A DNA stretch of 64,000 nt from Amoebidium appalachense (GCA_963693365.1 CAVNZM010000007.1:3333979-3397978), one strand, 5' to 3'. Counted from the stretch's first letter, positions 36,413 through 48,671 are shown. Made by a program: numbers and translations. The notes: generated from the letters alone by a model not told the origin.

Positions 36413-39102
36413 TGTCATGTGCTGAGCTGATTCGTATTAGTTTGCTTCTATATTTTGTGTTTTGGTGAGTGAATTTGGGGGGGTTTTCTTGCATAGTGAT
36501 GCCGGGGTCTAAGTAGGGTATGAGGAGATTAATCAGTGGTTTGGGGAGAACCTGATGCGGCAGCGGCTGATTGTTAAAGCTGCGCGCGTGCATGCTCCAC
36601 GCCTCTGCGTACTCTCCATGTTAAATGTTGTATTGCTTCTTGCTGTGTGCTTGGCGAGACCCATGTTGCCTGCTCGCGTGTGTGTATGCTTATATGTATT
36701 GTGAGTAAACGTGTGTACGTGTTGTAGTGCTGTAGGGGTGTCTGAGGTGGCGGTAGCCAATGGTGTGGAGTGCGTGTAGTCTGTGGGGGAGGGAGTGTTG
36801 TGATTGGCTGAATGTCACTGTGGTATTTGTCTGGCCAGTGGGCCGCGTGTCTGTGAAGTGTCTCGCGGGGTCGCGGGCTTTTGGAAGTTCTTCTGAGAAC
36901 ACGAAAAACTCGCTTCCCACCCAACTCAAAGAAAACTTTATACGTATACACAGTTTCAAGCCCCTTTAAGCGTGCAGATAGTTAGAATAGTTCGTGTACA
37001 CTCGGTTTGCAGCCACGACAAGCTACACCCCCTTTCTCTGCAGTTTTTTGCAGGGAGGGGGCACACGCACTGTTAGTCCTTCTGGGCTGTTGCTTTCACC
37101 CCTAGTTTTTTTTTTCCACGCCTAGCGGTTATAAGTGGTTTTGTCTTAGGCCTTTTTCGACGGTTAGAGGTAGAAGAAACATACGCACACACAGACCTAC
37201 AGCTAGCAACAGTTGGCATAGGCAACATGAGCAGTAGGACTAGTATCACAGGGGACTTAGTCCTCGCTAAGGACCTTGACCTCCCTAGGTGACTTAGCAA
37301 GCTCAGGGCCGTTTGCCCAGCAGAGGCCTCAGAGGGGATCGGCGGCAGTCACCCTCCCCACGGCGCTACCAGCCCTACCAGCCACGGCCACAACGGGATA
37401 ACAGATGGGCCAGGCTGGCGTCTTTGGGCGGGCCGCAAGAGCCGGCGCCAGGCTCTTTCCCAGGCACCTGTGACAACTGCAAGGAGCGGGGGCAACGCGT
37501 GGTGTAAACAGCCCCGTCGTGGGGGGCAGGGACGTCGGTGACCGTGTTGCTGGTATGAAGGTTTTATTAGGGGGTAGGCCATCTCTTGGGTTGTTGTTGT
37601 TGTAATACTATGGGAGTAACTGTTGTGTGGTGTTATTTTTCGGCGAGTTTTCTACTGGTGCCTGGCGTTTTCGACGTGTGTATGAGTCCTGTGTTGGCGA
37701 CGTGTGTGGTTAGGGTCAGTGGAATAGAAAGTCCTGCTGCTGTCTGGGAGCTCGGCCCTCTGACGAGGGGGCTGGGGGGGGGTCGAAGTGTAGTCATGGC
37801 AGTGGCAGGCCCCCACTGTTGTGAACCCCCGTCGTCAAAGGGCCTGGTGCTGAGGCCCCTTGGAGTGGCTGCCCTGGGCCTGGTGTTGAACAGGCCCTTT
37901 GGAGTGGCTGCCCGTAGTGTTGTTGAGTAGTGTTGTGGTGCCCAGTGCAGCAGTAGGCCTTAGACACACCGCTGGGTAGGGCACGGTTGGGGCGGAGGCA
38001 TTCCCAAACCACCGGGACCTACGTAGTAGGAGTCTTTGTCGGGTAGAGGAATGGCCAGCAAGAGAGTCTGGAGGTGTACGTCAGATGAGTCTGGAGGTGT
38101 TCGTCACGGCATGTTTGGTTGTGTTAGGAATTCTTTGTGGATGGGGCATGCTGAGTGTGGTTGTATGGATGGTGTCTGTTATCATGTCTGTTGCTATGTT
38201 CCACTCGATATAACATTGTGCCAGGGGCATGGGGTTTTGGGTGCAGGTTGTGGACGGGGGGGGCAGAGGTGCATCTACAGGGCAACGTCAGTGGCGGTTC
38301 ATAATTATCCTTGTTTTGGGGTTGGGTTGGGTATTAACCATGGTGGGGTGGTGTGTGGATGCATGTATATGTTTTATGTTATATGTTAAATGTTGCTTCC
38401 TGCATGGGTAGCGGTAGTTGTAGTCGCTCAGCACATAACTTTATTTTGTTTTTAGGTAGTTTTTACTGAGGTGGAACTCAGTTATTTTCTGTGCGAAGGG
38501 GGAGTTGTCATGTGCTGAGCTGATTCGTATTAGTTTGCTTCTATATTTTGTGTTTTGGTGAGTGAATTTGGGGGGTTTTCTTGCATAGTGATGCCGGGGT
38601 CTAAGTAGGGTATGAGGAGATTAATCAGTGGTTTGGGGAGAACCTGATGCGGCAGCGGCTGATTGTTAAAGCTGCGCGCGTACGCCTCTGCGTACTCTCC
38701 ATGTTAAATGTTGTATTGCTTCTTGCTGTGTGCTTGGCGAGACCCATGTTGCCTGCTCGCGTGTGTGTATGCTTATATGTATTGTGAGTAAACGTGTGTA
38801 CGTGTTGTAGTGCTGTAGGGGTGTCTGAGGTGGCGGTAGCCAATGGTGTGGAGTGCGTGTAGTCTGTGGGGGAGGGAGTGTTGTGATTGGCTGAATGTCA
38901 CTGTGGTATTGTCTGGCCAGTGGGCCGCGTGTCTGTGAAGTGTCTCGCGGGGTCGCGGGCTTTTGGAAGTTCTTCTGAGAACACGAAAAACTCGCTTCCC
39001 ACCCAACTCAAAGAAAACTTTATACGTATACACAGTTTCAAGCCCCTTTAAGCGTGCAGATAGTTAGAATAGTTCGTGTACACTCGGTTTGTAGCCACGA
39101 CA
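36413..39102 (+). mobile_element. Non-autonomous LTR retrotransposon (2.7 kb; LTRs 36413-37020 and 38506-39102) inserted in the Copia A integrase
   Basis: Near-identical ~600-bp direct repeats with TGTC..GACA ends; 5-bp TSD ACGAG (36408-36412, 39103-39107); purine tract GAAGGGGGAG before the 3' LTR; only a degenerate gag-like remnant inside (FPGTCDNCKERG). Confidence 0.9.
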
Positions 39103-40981
39103 ACGAGAGCAACCTTGGAACCTCCGTACGATGTTGTGGTAGGCTCAAAAAAATCCCAATGCCATTCATGACCGGGGATGTTGGAGTGAGGACGGTCACC
39201 CTTGAACGGAGCCTTGGTGGTTTTACCCATAATGCAGCCATGACAATCAGGAACATCACAGTCGATGACAGACGAGGGGAGACCAATAACAAGGTCGTGT
39301 TTCACCATGTCCTTGATGCTGGTCATAGCACGGTGCCCCAGACGATGGTGCCAGATGGATGGGTTAACACTGGTGGTGGCAGCCAGAGCCACAGGACGAG
39401 TGGGTGGTTGAATGGTGTAGTCCTTGAAGTAATACAGACCGTTGTGTAGACGGAGGTTGACGAGATGACGGCCGGTGAGTCGGTCGAAGAGGAATGACGG
39501 AGTGGAGGCATCATTCAAATCACCCTTGATGTATTCGGCAGCAGCTTGGGATGTTGAAATGAGGAAGGCTTGGCCAGACGGGGTGTAGTAGGCTTCAATG
39601 GTAAGGGTGGCAGTGCCATGGTCGGTGGTGGTGTTGATGACTATATGGCCGGTGTGGGTGGCCAAGACGGGGGTGCCATTGAAGGCAGCAACGGGAGTCG
39701 GTGTCGGAAGGGGAGTGAGGGAGGTCATGGAAGAACTCACGGGTGGGGCAGACAGTCATGTTGCACCCGGAATCCCAGGCAGGGTCGGAGGACACGGGGA
39801 CGGAGCTAGCATTGTATGCCGAGAAAGCAAAGGAGACAGATTTCTCACTGCCTTGACGGGAACGGTTGTGTCTGGACATACGGCATTTCGGCTCGGGGCA
39901 ATCGATGATCGTGTGATCAGGCTCGTGGCAGTAGGAGCATGCTTTCACGGACGGGTTGTTAGAACGAGCCGGGGAATCAGAACGACGGGAACCCGAGAAA
40001 CGGGAACGACTGGGGGAACGAGACGTGGACCGGAAGGCAGGCCGGTGGGGGGAACGGGATCGGGTGTGCTGACGGGAGAGACGAGTTCGGAGGTCCGTGC
40101 CAGGGGTACGGTCAAGTCGGTTGCGTAAGTCACGGCGAGGAAGATCACGGGGGGGAGCACTAGCATTTAATGCCATGCTGGACTTGGAGGCACGGTGGGC
40201 ACGGTTGCTCCGGAGTTGCATCTTGAGGTCTTGACGTAGCTCGATGCCCTTGACGTGGTTGTGGAGGGACTCGAAGTCGGGGAATAGCTTATCACCGAAG
40301 TGATAGTCTTCGATAAGACGGTTGAACTCAGGGGTGAGGTCGTCTCTGGTGGTGAGTTCATTGAAGAACTTGGACTCATCTTGGAGGGACTGGAGCTGGT
40401 TCACGATGGTCTGCAGACGACTCAGGTAGGTGGTGAATGATTCACCGGGCTGAAGGGCACAGGCATCCCACTGACGGTGAAGGATGCGGATCTGATCGGG
40501 TTTGCCTTGGAGGTAGTGTTGACGGAATTTCCACATGGCCCGTTCAGGGTCCATGCCAATACGGTACTGGGCAACGGTGGTGAGGACGGAAGGGTCGATG
40601 TTCTGAATCATATGGAGCAGGAGGCAATTGCGGGCCTCCTTGAGTTCCGCGGTAGTGCCGTAGCCGTAGAAGGGGGGTTCACCGTCAACCGCGACGGTGG
40701 TAGGGGGGACGTAGTTGTCAGCAAGTACAACATCCACGAGTCGGACACCTTTAGTGCCGGTCATCATGCCGAGAAAAATGATTTCCCATTGAAAATAGGT
40801 GGTTTTGCTATCGGGACCAGTCTTCCCTTCACCTTTCCACATGGTTATTTTGTTTACACCAGTTTTGTTTGGATCCATGATTGAAAAACGATCGCTAGTT
40901 CTAGATGTGTGTAGGGAGCGTGCAAAAGGGCTGCATAACCTGTTAATTTGTATAAGTATTTGGGATGAAAGCAGAGACACA
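39103..40981 (-). mobile_element. Copia family A, 5' part: LTR stub (40941-40981), PBS, gag, protease, integrase N-terminus
   Basis: ATG at 40878 (MDPNKTGVNKIT...), CSYCHEPDHTIIDC, WDSGC, IWHHRLGH; the stub is identical to the start of the 27794 LTR; 24-nt in-frame deletion and 4-bp GAGG duplication relative to the plus copy. Confidence 0.92.
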
Positions 40982-41830
40982 CATCAGCAAAGGCCACCCA
41001 CCCATCCATTCGGTATCATTCGGGCATCATGGATATTAGAATGATAGTACCCATCCACGAACCCACCCTTCATCCAACAATATATCAGTCTGATACTCTT
41101 TTTGTTAAATCCTAATATCCGGTTATTTTAAGATATTAGAATGATATCCATGTCTAGATATCATTCTGATATTGGAATAGCCCCCGAAAAAGCCCGAAAA
41201 GCCCCCGAAAAAAGGCGTTGTTCTACTTGTTGCTCTATCCTTTGGCCATCCCGCTATGTATCATTCTGATAACATAATAGATATTGGAAAGATACATACC
41301 CTCAAATGCTCTACGTTTTCAGATAGGGGTAAACATATCTGAATGAGACTTGAATAGTACATTACAAAGTACAAAAAGTGCCCTCGTTGGTCATAAACGG
41401 TTATCCAAATGATATCATAATGATATCATTGCAAGAACGGGAGGTGTATTATAATATCTTTGTATGCCCTATTATGGTATTGGTATGATAGAAGAAAATG
41501 AAATTATCTTCCTTTCCTGATATCAGAATGGTCTCATTCTAATACCGTGAATGATATCCAAATGATATCTATTGTAGAAAAGGGGGTGTATTATAATATC
41601 TTTGAATGCCCTGTTATGGTATTGGTATTCAGACTTAGAAAACAAAAAACACAAAAAAAAATTTCTAAGTAAATCTCAAAAAAAATTCTAAGTCTCGCTC
41701 AAAGAGAACTACGTATCATGATGTTTTTCAAAAGCTCTAAGACACACGCCCAGCGTGTGTTAATACCGTCACATTTTAACCTTCCAAACAACCAAAATAA
41801 AACATAACAATATACTAACATTTTTGTTAG

Positions 41831-43061
41831 TTAGTATACTAAATTATTATTTCTTTTAGTCTTGTGGTTCAATTTCTTGGGGGGGATCTTTATGGGTGAT
41901 TTTGCGGGCCGCTTATTGGCGACGCGCGCCGACGCCTCGTCGCTGCTGCCGCTCTCACGCTCCTTGTCCCCCGCACCGCCAACCACCGACCTGTTGCCGT
42001 CCAACAGCTTGAGGTCCACCACCTTCTCGTTGGACTGCTTCGTGGAGGGCTTGTCGTCTCCCTTCTCGTCTTGCACATCAGCTGACAGGCTGAGGACTGC
42101 CTTCTCCCGGGCCTTGCAGATCTTTTCCCAGGTCTTTGCATACTGGGTTGGGACAGAAGGAGATTGTGTGAGTGTTTTTAACTTTTCTGGCTAGCCTGAG
42201 CATGTATGTACCTGGGAAAAATGCTATCACATTGTTACCATACCAAACCTAAAGATGACATGATAGGATGATACTTGCCCACGCTTAGGAGATATCCTTA
42301 AAACACTACGATGATACGTAACCCATACATACGACTTATCAATATCATCTTTTCGATATCCATACGTTGTCTTTCGGACCGGAGCTAAAACACAATGATG
42401 GGGGGGGGGGGGGGGGGGGGGGGGGTTGAATGCAGAACACGGTACGAAATACGCATACACGATGAGAAGCATGGTGCAGGACACATGCAAAGGCAAACAT
42501 TCAAGTATGCAACATCAGCCATGTGCACAGTATGCGTCATAAGCAGAGCCCATCCTCAGGGAGGACCCGGGGGGGGGGGGGGGGGTAGTTGTTTACCTTG
42601 CTGATCTCTGATGGCCGAGCACCACCCTCGTAGTCAGGCATGTCAGCTCCATACTTCACAGCTGACCACGAAATCTGAGTGGCAGACTTGTGGGCCATTG
42701 GATTCCGCAGTCCGCACTCAAATGTGTGGAGCATGAAGCTGAAGAGCTCGGGCAACGCCTTTTGAAACTCCTGTGTGGGTGTTGGTGTGTGTGTTGCGTG
42801 TACTTACACGTAAGCATGTGTGTATGTGGTGATGAGGAAAGGGGGTATTCTCCATTAGCAGCAAATAAAACCGAATTCGACAATGAAAAATCTGAAATGA
42901 CTTGAGGAAGTGGGAAGCTGAATGGATACTGGATAACCATGCATGTACCGTTTCTCTGAGTGATAAGGATTTGATGTCTTGTGTGGTTATGTGTTGGTGA
43001 TTCGTACGTGGGACAACAGGGGGAAGTGGGAGGGAGGGAGTGGGAGGGAGGGAGTGGGAGT

Positions 43062-43094
<33 letters not shown>

Positions 43095-43205
43095 GGGGTC
43101 ACAGTGCATTAAGAATGAACCAATAAGGAAGAACAACAACATTAAACATGAATAAGCATGTTAAAAAAAGCAGCATGAGAAGATTTCGTCTTTGATTGGG
43201 GTGGG

Positions 43206-43236
<31 letters not shown>

Positions 43237-43519
43237 GGGGGGGGGGGTAATGGGCACAAACGTTTAGTGTCTTGAAGCTGCTGAGGCGGTTCTTGATGTA
43301 GGAGCCGTTGATGGGGGACATGCACATGATGCGGTGAAGGGCGGGGTTGCCCCATGGGTTGCCCGTCACCGGATCGACGCTGTACATGCGGCCACAGGGA
43401 TGGTTGTTGCACTCAACTTGAACCTCCACCAACCACCCCTACCACGTCTTCTTGCGGTACCTAACCTGGTCTGCCAACTTGTCGGGGTCGGCGGCATTGA
43501 CAGGGGCAACCTGGAACAT
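41831..43519 (-). pseudogene. 3' part of an intron-containing gene of unknown function with an in-frame stop
   Basis: Three phase-0 GT-AG exons 43519-43262, 42770-42597 and 42142-41831 (MFQVAPVNAADPDK..., EFQKALPELFSF..., YAKTWEKICK...); TAG at 43441-43439; introns carry sense-strand poly(C)/(CA)n. Confidence 0.6.
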
Positions 43520-43585
43520 CTGTGTTGGTGGGCATGGAGGCATTTGACAGTTTTTTGGAAGGGGGGGGGGGGGGGGGGGGGGGGG

Positions 43586-43616
<31 letters not shown>

Positions 43617-44097
43617 AGGGGCTTTTGGTGTGTGTGTGTTTTTTTGTATGTGTGGGTGGGGAAGTGAGTGAGTGAGTGTGTGTGTGTGTTTGGAAGGGGG
43701 GGGGGGGGGGGGGGTTAGAATGAATGCATAACACTAAATGCTAACATGTGAAACACGTTGTGCTGAAAGACAAAAGCACAAACTTATGAAGTCTAGAGAA
43801 GCAGAAAATAGCTTGAACGACTGGTGGAAGGGATGATAGCTATAGTGCTAACAGCAAAAGTAGTGCCCACAGTCGCTGGTTCATGAACGTGAAAAGGCAA
43901 CGGGGGGTTTACGCTGTTTACTCGAGGCAAAGAGAACCAGTCTCAGGTATGGGGGGGGGGTTTTGCTCGGAATATCCCCTCAGCGGTATATCATGATCAC
44001 GTACATAGATGTCGGGTGGTGACTATATATCAGGGTTTACTTTCTCTACGAGACACCATAAAGACTACAAGGAGAAATCAATTAGTTGGGGTTCCCC

Positions 44098-44149
<52 letters not shown>

Positions 44150-44182
44150 GGGCTCCCCCTCGGGACACTCGGTATCAGCTGG

Positions 44183-44255
<73 letters not shown>

Positions 44256-44259
44256 TGCG

Positions 44260-47200
44260 CTATAATTTTGTAGTGATGTGTTTCTCAAGCCAATCAATAC
44301 ATCTAATAAACAGGTCGTAGTTACGCGTGTTTAGTATAAAATCAAGGATGTTGTAATTTACAGGTAGGCTATCTTTCTGGGTGTCTGTTGTGAATGTGAC
44401 GTGTGTGTGTTGCGGTATTATGTGGTCTATCAAACTACATTTGGCGATACATGACCGGTTAAACTGGTGTGTGTGTGTGTTGTTTGGGCATGCAAATGAT
44501 GCCACCTTATACTTATTAGATCTCCACTGTATAGCACGTGTACAGTAAAAGCGTGGTAATTGATCAATAATACCATCAGCTAGAGAAAGACCAGTTCTAC
44601 AGGAAGGTAATATGTATTTAGGTGTTATACACTTGCGAGTGCCATATTTGGCAATATGGTTGAGGCGGTCAGTATATATAAAACGAGACATAAGGCTTAG
44701 TTTTTCAAGGTGTATGCTTTCATCGGGTCTAGTGTCGTGTGGTATCTTTTTCCATTTGTTATATTGCGTGATTATCTTGTGATTGTGTACATGTTTAATA
44801 AGTAAGTGGCAGTCCAAAGTCACACACACACTATTGCGGGGTTTATTTGTATTTGTGCCCAGGGGAGAAGGGGAGAGAGAGGGGAGGAAAGAGGGGAGAG
44901 GTGAGGAGGGGACAGGTCGGATAGAGAAGAGAGGGTGGGAGGGCAAATACTTCTTTAAGCGGCTTATGTGCTTATTGAATTTCAGCGCGAGATAGGATAC
45001 TCTAGCAGCTATTGGGACCAGACCATATATCGAGAGCGTTACAGGCCCAGGTTTACAACAGTTGTTAGATAGAAAGGAGGCAACTTCTGCTTCAAGGAAA
45101 TTTGCCAAGGGTTTAAGCGCTCTAGTTCTCTCTTTCTTGATCCAAGCGGCGAGAAGGGGTAAACCATATTCACATGCCGGGAAGACAAAAGTGCGAATAA
45201 ATGTAAGTCTAATAGAAGGATGGAGGGGTGTGTCTTTAAAAATATTAGCCGAGAAGAAAGCTAACCGCTTACGAGCCAACTCTACCCTCTTTTCGACCAT
45301 ATGGGGAAACATAACACCAACAGAATCAACCGGAACACCAAGATATTTGTATTCTGGAACTATAGGTACAGGTTTAGATGATAATGTAAATGTGTGTAAA
45401 TTGTTAGCTATATCAGGTACAAGAACACCACATTTGTCTATGTTAAGGATCATAAGGTTTGCCTTGCACCACTCTGACACTACATCGAACAATCTTTGCA
45501 GGCGTCTAGGGGTACGGGCAAGGAGGGACAGATCATCAGCATAGAGAAGTGCAGGCGGAAAGTTATTAATAGGGTCATCGTTTTCGGCGTAAATCTTGAC
45601 AGCCAAATCATCTATAAATAGGTTAAACAAAAAGGGGCTAAGCAATGAACCCTGCAAGAGACCTCTAGTACGAGCAAAACCATATGAAAGATGCCCATTA
45701 ACCACAGCTCTACCATAGGTTTGAGACAAGAGTGCTTCTAACAGAACACCAATGCAGTGTGGTACACCCCGTGCAGCAAGCTTTTCCCATAGGAGACCAG
45801 GGGAGACAGAATCGTAAGCAGTTTTCCAATCAATAAAGCCAACATATTGTGCACCAACTTGCATAGAATCGTGCAGTGCCATTATTTGAACATAACATGA
45901 ATTGTTTTTACGAAAAGCGGATTGGCATGGGTGTATGTGAAGAATAGATTGAAACCTAGGGTGATGTGCAAATAACCTAAGTAAGCAAGCTTCAAAGAAT
46001 CTACGAACAACCTGGGTTAGTGTAATGGGGCGAAAGGATGATATGGGGCCCTCAGAGTCCTTCTTAACTATGGGGATCACTAAGGTATCTAACCAAGATG
46101 ACGGGACATGTCCACATTTAACACACCAAGAAAAGAGAGAGCTTAACATGATAGTAAGATCAGGTTTAATAGCACGATCACTTTCCTTTTGTGGGTAGGA
46201 GGGAACAAGGATTTTAAGAAACCCAGCAGGGAGTCCATCAGGTCCACAAGACTTACTAGAGCTATAACTAGATATCACAGACCATATGGCATCGGGACTG
46301 AAAAAGGGGAGGATCGATTCTATGGGGATAGATGGGTCTACAGGCCACACAATAGGTTTCTGAGCGGGGGTCCTATCTTTAAACAGTTCCGAGAAATACT
46401 TATCAGAGTCTATGAGGGGGTCTCCAGTGGTATCACCAATAATACGAGCAGGGGGGCCAAATCGATTCATACTAGCAAGCCGGTGCAAGCTTTCCTTTTG
46501 AGACAGGGGTTCACCTAGTCTAGCGGGAGTGGTGTTTGGTAACAAGAGAGCATCGGGATATTCCTTCCTACCACCGCCAGCATAATCACCGAGATCTATC
46601 AAATCATCAACAATAAAGTTAGTGCATGTATCTAGTACGAGATGTGAATCTGGCCTGGCTTGTGCAGATTCTAATAGGCGCATATATATAGGGTGTTTCG
46701 TAGCATAGCATACACATACATCAACTCTACCCCACTGTGACTTAAGCTGGGATAGACGGAGGCGAAAGGTGGGAGGGGGAGGGGGGAGCAGATCAAGGGA
46801 GATCTTAGGTAGGAAAAGGATAGGAGAGTGGTCAGATGACCTAGAGAGGTTAGGAGGGAGAGAGAGTTTTGACATGGTTGATGGCCAAAAGGCCACTCCC
46901 CAGTCGGTGTTGTGGGCATGGGATATTTGAGGGAACCGCAAAGTGTGACTTTGGACATACCTTGCTAAAGGGATAGCACGCTCCGGGGGCTTAGATGGGT
47001 ACCCGACACTCACTTGCAGTGTGTCTGTGTGGTGGAGTCGCGTGTTAAAATCACCTAAAATAACAGTGGACATTGGTAACTGTGACAACTTGTGAGTCAA
47101 TTCGACAACCGACATAGATGGTGGGTAATATACAAAAGTAAAAACATTAGAAAGAAACTCTATAGAAACCGAGAATTCCGTTTTTGCTACCGGTTTGCAC

Positions 47201-47454
47201 TTCACTCTCACGTGTGGTGCGGCAAGTACAATAATGCCTCGGTTTTTCGCGTAACCGGGGTGTGTGGATGTGTCGACCAATGTAGAGTTGAATTTGTGGT
47301 GGTTTTTAAACTGTGTTTCGCAAATCACTGTAAACGTGTGGTTGTTTGTCTGTTGTTGTATGTAGCTGATTTTATCGTCGAGTGTCCCGGGGGGGAGGCC
47401 CTTTTGGGGGCCCAGTGTCCGAGCATTCCAGAAGAAGAAGGATAAATTAGGCAT
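44260..47454 (-). CDS. LINE ORF2: AP endonuclease + reverse transcriptase (1064 aa, uninterrupted)
   Basis: FWNARTL, ICETQ, YYPP, LGDFN, SDH (APE); GPDG, FRPITL, IDWKTAYDSV, QGSLLSPFLF, YADD, YKYLG (RT). Confidence 0.95.
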   Translation of the reverse strand: MPNLSFFFWNARTLGPQKGLPPGTLDDKISYIQQQTNNHTFTVICETQFKNHHKFNSTLVDTSTHPGYAKNRGIIVLAAPHVRVKCKPVAKTEFSVSIEFLSNVFTFVYYPPSMSVVELTHKLSQLPMSTVILGDFNTRLHHTDTLQVSVGYPSKPPERAIPLARYVQSHTLRFPQISHAHNTDWGVAFWPSTMSKLSLPPNLSRSSDHSPILFLPKISLDLLPPPPPTFRLRLSQLKSQWGRVDVCVCYATKHPIYMRLLESAQARPDSHLVLDTCTNFIVDDLIDLGDYAGGGRKEYPDALLLPNTTPARLGEPLSQKESLHRLASMNRFGPPARIIGDTTGDPLIDSDKYFSELFKDRTPAQKPIVWPVDPSIPIESILPFFSPDAIWSVISSYSSSKSCGPDGLPAGFLKILVPSYPQKESDRAIKPDLTIMLSSLFSWCVKCGHVPSSWLDTLVIPIVKKDSEGPISSFRPITLTQVVRRFFEACLLRLFAHHPRFQSILHIHPCQSAFRKNNSCYVQIMALHDSMQVGAQYVGFIDWKTAYDSVSPGLLWEKLAARGVPHCIGVLLEALLSQTYGRAVVNGHLSYGFARTRGLLQGSLLSPFLFNLFIDDLAVKIYAENDDPINNFPPALLYADDLSLLARTPRRLQRLFDVVSEWCKANLMILNIDKCGVLVPDIANNLHTFTLSSKPVPIVPEYKYLGVPVDSVGVMFPHMVEKRVELARKRLAFFSANIFKDTPLHPSIRLTFIRTFVFPACEYGLPLLAAWIKKERTRALKPLANFLEAEVASFLSNNCCKPGPVTLSIYGLVPIAARVSYLALKFNKHISRLKKYLPSHPLFSIRPVPSSPLPSFLPSLSPSPLGTNTNKPRNSVCVTLDCHLLIKHVHNHKIITQYNKWKKIPHDTRPDESIHLEKLSLMSRFIYTDRLNHIAKYGTRKCITPKYILPSCRTGLSLADGIIDQLPRFYCTRAIQWRSNKYKVASFACPNNTHTHQFNRSCIAKCSLIDHIIPQHTHVTFTTDTQKDSLPVNYNILDFILNTRNYDLFIRCIDWLEKHITTKL

Positions 47455-47932
47455 CGGTTTGGTCCGACACCTGTGGGGTTGGTTCCCACTTGTCGCTTAC
47501 GGGGTCGTATGCACGACCTTCCGCCAGCGCGAACAGTTCGCAGAAGAGCTCGATTTCCATCTCGCATCGGCGTTTGCGCTCGAGCAGTTTCTCACCAGAA
47601 AACATTGGTTCCTTCGTGTCCGTGTCTATCACGCTCGTAGCATCGTTTTCCAACTTTGCGAGGAACTCTTTTGCCTTGCTGATGCGTACACGACAACGTG
47701 TGGCGCACGCATTCTTAGCAGACACTTTACGTTCTTTGTCTGCTTTCTGAATGTTTTCCGGCGCGCATGGGTCGTAGCTTGGGAGGTGGGTGAAGAAGCT
47801 TCCACACCCCTTTGTCGCGTCACGGATGAACGCACGGTTATAGTCGCCCCGTACTGCTACTTCCAGCACATCGTATCCAATGAAGGACAGACAAAGGATG
47901 CGAGAGCACCGGAAGCCGAGAGCCTCGTGCAT
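47447..47932 (-). CDS. LINE ORF1 candidate (~161 aa from ATG 47932)
   Basis: Open frame whose stop overlaps the ORF2 ATG; RILCLSFIGYDVLEV...YDP segment; true start uncertain. Confidence 0.6.
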   Translation of the reverse strand: MHEALGFRCSRILCLSFIGYDVLEVAVRGDYNRAFIRDATKGCGSFFTHLPSYDPCAPENIQKADKERKVSAKNACATRCRVRISKAKEFLAKLENDATSVIDTDTKEPMFSGEKLLERKRRCEMEIELFCELFALAEGRAYDPVSDKWEPTPQVSDQTDA

Positions 47933-48571
47933 CTGCAGCCAGCAGAACACACGCACACGCACGCACACACACACACATACACACACACGCACACAGACAC
48001 AGACACAGACACAGATATAATCACAGGCACGGACACAGACCAGACAGACAAATGCCATATGCACAAAAGCAGGCAACACAAAACTAACCTTCAAACGGCC
48101 TTTCAGCCGTTAGGCGAAGATGCTGCAGCATGGTCGAAACCATTCAGCACGGTGGCTGCGCGACCTGCGGAGGGGACCTGTGACCAGGCGACCTGCGGGA
48201 AGGGAACTGCGACCAGGCGACCTGCCGGAAGGGACCTGCGACCAGGCGACCTGCGGGAAAGGACCTGCGGACCTGCGGGAAGGGGGAAGAGAAATGGAGC
48301 AAACAACGTGCGTACAGGCTTAAACGGACAAAAAATTGCAAACCGGATTGGGTTTAGCCAATCACTATTTGCTATAGACCGGTTTAGTAACCGCCGCGCC
48401 TGATTAGGGAAAAGATAAAAATAGATTTCGGCTCGCTTGTCTTTTTTTCAACATGGGTGTCACTGGCGCTTTCGACTTCTTTGAAATCACACGTGTACGT
48501 TGACACAAGCACGAATGCACACAGCCTCACCCATACTCACACTCACACCCACAGCTCATGCTCACACTCAA

Positions 48572-48634
<63 letters not shown>

Positions 48635-48671
48635 CACGCGCGCGCGCACGCACACACACTCACACATGCAC

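Larger units (their letters stand above)
43902..48420 (-). mobile_element. Apparently full-length non-LTR retrotransposon (ORF1 + APE-RT ORF2)
   Basis: Intact ORF2, overlapping ORF1, GC-rich tandem repeats in the 5' region (48160-48280). 3' end defined by identity with the copy at 60996-62327; 5' end approximate, no TSD found. Confidence 0.9.

Noticed and set aside
43902-43912. GGGGTTTA/TAAACCCC telomere-like motif at the LINE 3' end
   Set aside because: Isolated units, not a tandem array
47459-48403. 314-aa plus-strand ORF antisense to LINE ORF1 and 5' UTR
   Set aside because: Largely composed of microsatellite and tandem-repeat translation
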